From Macrostomum lignano (taxonomy: Eukaryota): a DNA stretch of 64,000 nucleotides. The notes below the pieces were generated by a model. That model ran no database searches and was not told where the DNA came from. It saw only the letters and a program-made list of their open reading frames with translations. Of this stretch, positions 48,097 to 64,000 are shown one piece after another (the stretch's first letter is position 1; each line of letters opens with the position of its first letter). The DNA lies in the NCBI GenBank assembly GCA_002269645.1, contig NIVC01002627.1, forward strand, positions 54,075 through 118,074. Direction: 5' to 3'. The translations under genes were made by a program, and so were the position numbers.

Positions 48097-49110
48097 CACT
48101 ATCTTTCCTGACACCCTACTGTCTATCCTGACACCTTACTGTCTATCCTGACATCCTACTGTCTTTCCTGACACCCTACTGTCTATCCTGACATCCTACT
48201 GTCTTTCCTGACACCCTACTGTCTTTAGTGACATCCCAGTGTCTTTCCTGACACCCTACTGTCTATCCTGACACCCTACTGTCTATCCTGACATCCTACT
48301 GTCTTTCCTGACACCCTACTGTCTTTAGTGACATCCCAGTGTCTTTCCTGACACCCTACTGTCTATCCTGACACCCTACTGTCTATCCTGACATCCTACT
48401 GTCTTTCCTGACACCCTACTGTCTTTAGTGACATCCCAGTGTCTTTCCTGACACCCTACTGTCTATCCTGACATCCCACTGTCTATCCTGACACCCCAGT
48501 GTCTTTACTGACACACTACTGTCTATCCTGACACCCTACTGTCTTTAGTGACATCCCAGTGTCTTTCCTGACACCCTACTGTCTATCCTGGCATCCCACT
48601 GTCTATCCTGAAACTCTACTGTCTATCCTGACATCCTGAATGTCTTTCCGGACACCCTACTGTCTATCCTGACATCCCACTGTCTATCCTGTCATCCTAC
48701 TGTCTATCCTGACATCCCACTGTCTATCCTGACATCCCACTGTCTATCCTGACATCCCACTGTCTATCCTGTCATCCTACTGTCTATCCTGACATCCCAC
48801 TGTCTATCCTGACATCCCACTGTCTATCCTGACATCCCACTGTCTATCCTGACATCCCACTGTCTATCCTGACATCCCACTGTCTATCCTGACATCCCAC
48901 TGTCTATCCTGACATCCCACTGTCTATCCTGACATCCCACTGTCTATCCTGACATCCTGTCTATCCTGTCTATCCTGACATCCCATCCTGACATCCCACT
49001 GTCTATCCTGACATCCCACTGTCTATCCTGACATCCCACTGTCTATCCTGACATCCCACTGTCTATCCTGTCATCCTACTGTCTATCCTGTCATCCTACT
49101 GTCTATCCCG
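48097..49110. repeat. 20-bp minisatellite (CTACTGTCTATCCTGACA[C/T]C)n
   Basis: Tandem units. Confidence 0.94.
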
Positions 49111-49336
49111 AGTTCCCATGACTTACAGCTGCAGGGGACTCCGTGCATCCGGATGCTGGGAAATATAAAATTTAAGAAAGTACAATGAATAGGTACTAAA
49201 AACTTATTGGATAATGCATGGTTACATGTATGACGAGTACATGTACATGAGTATTGCTATACAGGTAAATTTACTGCCCCATATCAAGACTCAAGAGTAT
49301 CAATTCTAAGAAAATGACTATCATGTGTTTGGCGCC

Positions 49337-49695
49337 TCAGAACTAGATCTGGCGCCACAACCTCAGAACTAGATCTGGCGCCACAACCTCAGAACTAGAT
49401 CTGGCGCCAAAACCTCTGAGCTAGATCTGGCGCCATAACCTCAGAACTGGATCTGGCGCCAAAACCTCAGAACTAGATCTGGCGCCAAAACCTCAGAACT
49501 AGATCTGGCTCCACAACCTCAGAACTAGATCTGGCTCCACAACCTCAGAACTAGATCTGGCGCCAAAACCTCTGAGCTAGATCTGGCGCCATAACCTCAG
49601 AACTGGATCTGGCACCAAAACCTCAGAACTGGATCTGGCGCCAAAACCTCAGAAATGGATCTGGCGCCACAACCTCAGAACTAGATCTGGCGCCC
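49337..49695. repeat. 26-bp minisatellite (AACCTCAGAACTAGATCTGGCGCCAC)n
   Basis: About 14 tandem units. Confidence 0.93.
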
Positions 49696-50108
49696 CTCAA
49701 GAATATTCAGCTTTGAGTCTTAAGTTCTCATACTATTTCTATAGCCCTTAAAATTTATGCAATTAACCATCTTAGCTACCCCACGCTTTCCAACAATACT
49801 TCCTGCTTCCTTTTTTCAGTCTGTATCTTTACAAAGACCAACTTGGCCTCAAAACAGAATTTATTGTGAAGCAAAATTTCCTCTCTTCTGAGCTGAGCAA
49901 GAGTTCTCAATAGCTATAGAAATGCAGAGCAGATCGCTCAGGGCATGTCGAGGAGACTCAATAGAGTAATATCAGCAGCCGGTATGCACAGGCTACTGTG
50001 TATATTGATGCAGAGTTTTACAACCGCCTTGCTTTTATAATAAGCTTCCATGGCGCTAGTTATGGTGATGGTAATTAATAATAATAAAATAGCAATCGGT
50101 GTGGGAAT

Positions 50109-51405
50109 TCTGTATGGTGGCGCCAAATCTGATTCTGTATGGTGGCGCCAAATCTGATTCTGTACGCATGGTGGCGCCAAATCTGATTCTGTATGCATGG
50201 TGGCGCCAAATCTGATTCTGTATGGTGGCGCCAAATCTGATTCTGTATGCATGGTGGCGCCAAATCTGATTCTGTATGCATGGTGGCGCCAAATCTGATT
50301 CTGTATGCATGGTGGCGCCAAATCTGATTCTGTATGCATGGTGGCGCCAAATCTGATTCTGTATGGTGGCGCCAAATCTGATTCTGTATGCATGGTGGCG
50401 CCAAATCTGATTCTGTATGCATGGTGGCGCCAAATCTGATTCTGTATGCATGGTGGCGCCAAATCTGATTCTGTATGGTGGAGCCAAATCTGATTCTGTA
50501 TGGTGGCGCCAAATCTGATTCTGTATGGTGGAGCCCAGTCTGATTCTGTGGGGTGGTGGCGCCAAATCTGATTCTGTGGGGGGCGCCAAATCTGATACTG
50601 TATGGTGGCGCCAAATCTGATTCTGTATGGTGGCGCCAAATCTGATTCTGTGGGGTGGGGGCGCCAAATCTGATTCTATGGGGGGCGCCAAATCTGATTC
50701 TGTGGGATGAGGGGCGCCAAATCTGATTCTGTGGGGGCGCCAAATCTGATTCTGTATGGTGGCGCCAAATCTGATTCTGTGGGGTGGGGGCGCCAAATCT
50801 GATTCTATGGGGGGCGCCAAATCTGATTCTGTGGGGTGAGGGGCGCCAAATCTGATTCTGTGGGGGGCGCCAAATCTGATTCTGTGGGGGCGCCAAATCT
50901 GATTCTGTGGAGGGCGCCAAATCCGATTCTGTGGAGGGCGCCAAATCTGATTCTATGGGGGGCGCCAAATCTGATTCTGTGGGATGAGGGGCGCCAAATC
51001 TGATTCTGTGGGGGCGCCAAATCTGATTCTGTATGGTGGCGCCAAATCTGATTCTGTGGGGTGGGGGTGCCAAATCTGATTCTATGGGGGCGCCAAATCT
51101 GATTCTGTGGGGTGAGGGGCGCCAAATCTGATTCTGTGGGGGGCGCCAAATCTGATTCTGTGGGGGCGCCAAATCTGATTCTGTGGAGGGCGCCAAATCC
51201 GATTCTGTGGAGGGCGCCAAATCTGATTCTGTGTGGGGGCGCCAAATCTGATTCTGTGTGGGGGCGCCAAATCTGATTCTGTGTGGAGGGCGCCAAATCT
51301 GATTCTGTGGGGGCGCCAAATCTGATTCTGTGTGGGGGCGCCAAATCTGATTCTGTGGGGGGGGGGCCAAATCTGATTCTGTGGGAGTGCCAAATCTGAT
51401 TCTGC
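50109..51405. repeat. ~23-29-bp minisatellite (TTCTGTATGGTGGCGCCAAATCTGA)n
   Basis: Near-invariant GGCGCCAAATCTGATTCTGT core with a variable spacer. Confidence 0.95.
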
Positions 51406-51888
51406 ATATTTCTCATCCAACAGTCCGAGTCAGGTTAAACAGACGATTCGTGTTTTCCAAACCGACTATGTTTAACAGTCCACGCGCGTGGCCAGTCCAG
51501 ATATCTATAATTTAAGAACTCCCTGGCAGCCACAGGGTGAAATATAATCAGTGCACTTAGCGCGCATTGACTGAGCAATTCGTTGTCATGACAACTCCAC
51601 GGATGAAGGAACTGCGCCTTGTGAGGAGGCTGCATGGGATCGGAAGATTCCGTGCTTAGCAGTGAGCTGGTCTGTATACCTGAGTATAAGTTGAGATGGT
51701 GGGTGCAAATCCTTCTCCTATTGGTTGAAGGCCTCGTATTAATAGATAAGCGGGCCCGGCAACTTGCTGGCCGATCCTTTGCTGAGCTTTTTCTTGAGGG
51801 AAATTTTTTTTAAAATTTGCAGCGGCACCTTTAGTGAGACAATTGAATTCTTTGCTTCTTTTGTATCCAATTTAAACTTTATAAACTG

Positions 51889-54325
51889 GAGTCTCCCTCG
51901 TGTCTGTGAGTCTTTTTCTCATGTCTCTCTTGAGTCTCCCTCGTGTCTCCCTTGAGTCTTTTTCTCGTGTCTCTCTGAGTCTCCCTCGTGTCTCTCTGAG
52001 TCTCCCTCGTGTCTCTCTGAGTCTCCCTCGTGTCTCTCTTGAGTCTCCCTCGTGTCTCTCTTGAGTCTCCCTCGTGTCTCTCTTGAGTCTCCCTTGTGTC
52101 TCTCTGAGTCTCCCTCATGTCTCTCTGAGTCTCCCTCGTGTCTCTCTGAGTCTCCCTCGTGTCTCTCTTGAGTCTCCCTTGTGTCTCTCTTGAGTCTCCC
52201 TTGTGTCTCTCTGAGTCTCCCTCGTGTCTCTCTTGAGTCTCCCTCGTGTCTCCCTTGAGTCTCCCTCGTGTCTCTCTTGAGTCTCCCTCGTGTCTCCCTT
52301 GAGTCTTTTTCTAATGTCTCTCTTGAGTCTCCCTCGTGTCTCTCTGAGTCTCCCTCGTGTCTCTCTGAGTCTCCCTCGTGTCTCTCTGAGTCTCCCTTGT
52401 GTCTCTCTTGAGTCTCCCTTGTGTCTCTCTTGAGTCTCCCTCGTGTCTCTCTTGAGTCTCCCTCGTGTCTCTCTTGAGTCTCCCTCGTGTCTCTCTTGAG
52501 TGTCTCTCGTGTCTCCCTTGAGTCTCCCTCGTGTCTCTCTTGAGTCTCCCTCGTGTCTCCCTTGAGTCTCCCTCGTGTCTCTCTTGAGTGTCTCTCGTGT
52601 CTCCCTTGAGTCTCCCTCGTGTCTCTCTGAGTCTCCCTCGTGTCTCTCTGAGTCTCCCTCGTGTCTCTCTGAGTCTCCCTCGTGTCTCTCTGAGTCTCCC
52701 TCGTGTCTCTCTTGAGTCTCCCTCGTGTCTCTCTGAGTCTCCCTCGTGTCTCTCTGAGTCTCCCTCGTGTCTCTCTGAGTCTCCCTCGTGTCTCTCTGAG
52801 TCTCCCTCGTGTCTCTCTGAGTCTCCCTCGTGTCTCTCTGAGTCTCCCTCGTGTCTCTCTGAGTCTCCCTCGTGTCTCTCTGAGTCTCCCTCGTGTCTCT
52901 CTGAGTCTCCCTCGTGTCTCTCTGAGTCTCCCTCGTGTCTCTCTGAGTCTCCCTCGTGTCTCTCTGAGTCTCCCTCGTGTCTCTCTGAGTCTCCCTCGTG
53001 TCTCCCTTGAGTCTCCCTCATGTCTCTCTTGAGTCTCCCTCATGTCTCTCTTGAGTCTCCCTCGTGTCTCTCTGAGTCTCCCTCGTGTCTCCCTTGAGTC
53101 TCCCTCATGTCTCTCTTGAGTCTCCCTCGTGTCTCTCTTGAGTCTCCCTCGTGTCTCTCTTGAGTCTCCCTCGTGTCTCTCTTGAGTCTCCCTCGTGTCT
53201 CTCTTGAGTCTCCCTCGTGTCTCTCTGAGTCTCCCTTGTGTCTCTCTTGAGTCTCCCTCGTGTCTCTCTTGAGTCTCCCTCATGTCTCTCTTGAGTCTCC
53301 CTCGTGTCTCCCTTGAGTCTTTTTCTCATGTCTCTCTTGAGTCTCCCTCGTGTCTCTCTGAGTCTCCCTCGTGTCTCTCTTGAGTCTCCTTCGTGTCTCT
53401 CTTGAGTCTCCCTCGTGTCTCTCTTGAGTCTCCCTCGTGTCTCTCTGAGTCTCCCTTGAGTCTTTTTCTCATGTCTCTCTTGAGTCTCCCTCGTGTCTCT
53501 CTTGAGTCTCCCTCGTGTCTCCCTTGAGTCTTTTTCTCATGTCTCTCTTGAGTCTCCCTCGTGTCTCCCTTGAGTCTTTTTCTCATGTCTCTCTTGAGTC
53601 TCCCTCATGTCTCCCTTGAGTCTTTTTCTCATGTCTCTTTTGAGTCTCCCTCGTGTCTCCCTTGAGTCTTTTTCTCATGTCTCTCTTGAGTCTCCCTCGT
53701 GTCTCCCTTGAGTCTTTTTCTCATGTCTCTCTTGAGTCTCCCTCGTGTCTCCCTTGAGTCTTTTTCTCATGTCTCTCTTGAGTCTCCCTCGTGTCTCCCT
53801 TGAGTCTTTTTCTAATGTCTCTCTTGAGTCTCCCTCGTGTCTCCCTTGAGTCTTTTTCTCATGTCTCTCTTGAGTCTCCCTCGTGTCTCTCTTGAGTCTC
53901 CCTCGTGTCTCTCTGAGTTTCCCTCGTGTCTCCCTTGAGTCTCCCTCGTGTCTCCCTTGAGTCTTTTTCTAATGTCTCTCTTGAGTCTCCCTCGTGTCTC
54001 TCTTGAGTCTCCATCGTGTCTCTCTGAGTTTCCCTCGTGTCTCTCTGAGTCTCCCTCGTGTCTCTCTGAGTCTCCCTCATGTCTCTCTGAGTCTCCCTCG
54101 TGTCTCTCTGAGTCTCCCTCGTGTCTCTCTGAGTCTCCCTCGTGTCTCTCTGAGTCTCCCTCGTGTCTCTCTTGAGTCTCCCTCATGTCTCTCTTGAGTC
54201 TCCCTCGTGTCTCTCTTGAGTCTCCCTCGTGTCTCTCTTGAGTCTCCCTCATGTCTCTCTTGAGTCTCCCTCGTGTCTCCCTTGAGTCTCCCTCGTGTCT
54301 CCCTTGAGTCTTTCTCTCGTGTCTC
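51889..54325. repeat. 21/22-bp CT-rich minisatellite (GAGTCTCCCTCGTGTCTCTCT[T])n, ~2.4 kb
   Basis: Tandem units. Confidence 0.96.
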
Positions 54326-54569
54326 GCTTGAACCTCCCTTCGTATTCCTGTTGTCTTTTTTGGGTCTTCCTCATTCTTATTCACTCATTCTTAGTATCTT
54401 TTTTCATGTTATTCTCATATTCTTCCCTTGTCCTGCACAAGTCATTCAATATTTTAATGTACGTACATCTTAAATGTATCTTCTAAATAACAGTGACTAA
54501 AATATCCACTTTCCAAACGCTGCAGGCGAACGGACAGCGCCTCAGCTTTGAAATTCCCCAAGCTCCAGC

Positions 54570-62698
<8,129 letters not shown>

Positions 62699-62810
62699 GC
62701 AGCCATCAAGCCAGGTTCCCGCGAGTTGTGGTCAGCTGCGATCGGAGACTTCACGGAGCTTCCGGCTTGAAGAGGAAGGATCTTTTCCTGCTGCGGTAGG
62801 CTCAGCGACT

Positions 62811-64000
62811 GTCTGTCGGGATTGGCTGTCAGTCTGTCAGGATTGGCTGTCAGTCTGTCAGGATTGGCTGTCAGTCTGTCAGGATTGGCTGTCAGTCTGT
62901 CAGGATTGACTGTCAGTCTGTCAGGATTGGCTGTCAGTCTGTAGGGATTGGCTGTCAGTCTGTCAGGATTGACTGTCAGTCTGTCAGGATTGGCTGTCAG
63001 TCTGTAGGGATTGGCTGTCAGTCTGTCAGGATTGACTGTCAGTCTGTAGGGATTGGCTGTCAGTCTGTCAAGATTGGCTGTCAGTCTGTCAGGATTGGCT
63101 GTCAGTCTGTCAGGATTGGCTGTCAGTCTGTCAGGATTGGCTGTCAGTCTGTCAGGATTGGCTGTCAGTCTGTCAGGATTGGCCGTCAGTCTGTAGGATT
63201 GGCTGTCAGTCTGTCAAGATTGGCTGTCAGTCTGTCAGGATTGGCTGTCAGTCTGTAGGGATTGGCTGTCAGTCTGTCAGGATTGGCTGTCAGTCTGTAG
63301 GGATTGGCTGTCAGTCTGTCAGGATTGGCTGTCAGTCTGTCAGGATTGGCTGTCAGTCTGTCAAGATTGGCTGTCAGTCTGTCAGGATTGGCTGTCAGTC
63401 TGTCAGGATTGGCTGTCAGTCTGTCAGGATTGGCTGTCAGTCTGTAGGGATTGGCTGTCAGTCTGTCAAGATTGGCTGTCAGTCTGTCAGGATTGGCTGT
63501 CAGTCTGTCAGGATTGGCTGTCAGTCTGTCAGGATTGGCTGTCAGTCTGTCAGGATTGGCTGTCAGTCTGTCAGGATTGGCTGTCAGTCTGTAGGGATTG
63601 GCTGTCAGTCTGTCAGGATTGGCTGTCAGTCTGTCAGGATTGGCTGTCAGTCTGTCAGGATTGGCTGTCAGTCTGTCAGGATTGGCTGTCAGTCTGTCGG
63701 GATTGGCTGTCAGTCTGTCGGGATTGGCTGTCAGTCTGTCGGGATTGGCTGTCAGTCTGTCAGGATTGGCTGTCAGTCTGTAGGGATTGGCTGTCAGTCT
63801 GTCAGGATTGACTGTCAGTCTGTCAGGATTGGCTGTCAGTCTGTAGGATTGGCTGTCAGTCTGTCAGGATTGCGCTGTCAGTCTGTCAGGATTGACTCTC
63901 AGTCTGTCAGGATTGGCTGTCAGTCTGTAGGGATTGGCTGTCAGTCTGTCAGGATTGGCTGTCAGTCTGTCAGGATTGGCTGTCAGTCTGTAGGGATTGG
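62811..64000. repeat. 21-bp minisatellite (GGATTGGCTGTCAGTCTGTCA)n, running off the window end
   Basis: Tandem units starting ~15 nt after a GTAGGC donor-like site at 62796. Confidence 0.96.

Noticed and set aside
51640-51720. GGTGCAAATCC B-box-like motif
   Set aside because: Two mismatches, no convincing A box or tail, and no tRNA fold.
45765-54384. Many long periodic ORFs (LLLRLS, NKSDSL, TESDLAPP, RETQERH and similar)
   Set aside because: They are by-products of stop-free minisatellite frames, open in several frames and on both strands, with no non-repetitive coding context.

Overview
Eukaryotic, intron-containing genomic DNA with GC/CpG-rich exons, polyQ/polyA tracts and a very high minisatellite content. 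The style resembles a free-living flatworm such as Macrostomum, but that assignment is inference only. Four plus-strand spliced genes could be rebuilt by hand with phase-compatible GT-AG junctions: a DAZAP1/Musashi-family 2xRRM protein (783-2931), a Cdc25 phosphatase (19161-21164), VPS35L/C16orf62 (32544-44685, 9 exons) and an unrecognised ~1730-aa acidic-repeat protein (54570-62698+). The window also holds a decayed LTR-less Ty3/gypsy gag-pol (~23816-27736), a likely tRNA-derived SINE, a likely MITE and about 30 tandem arrays. Main oddities: (1) a family of arrays sharing a GGCGCC(AAA) core that matches the E2F motif, including a 7-kb perfectly phased array upstream of cdc25; (2) tandem arrays in 13 of 14 reconstructed introns, with one 31-mer present in two introns; (3) -1 frameshifts at short C-runs in cdc25 and VPS35L, and possibly in a third gene; (4) a cryptic in-frame acceptor that would exonise (GAGAP)33; (5) minus-strand promoter/splice units flanking the gypsy element; (6) a 1.7-kb almost CpG-free island. 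Repeat boundaries are approximate and all analysis was done by eye.
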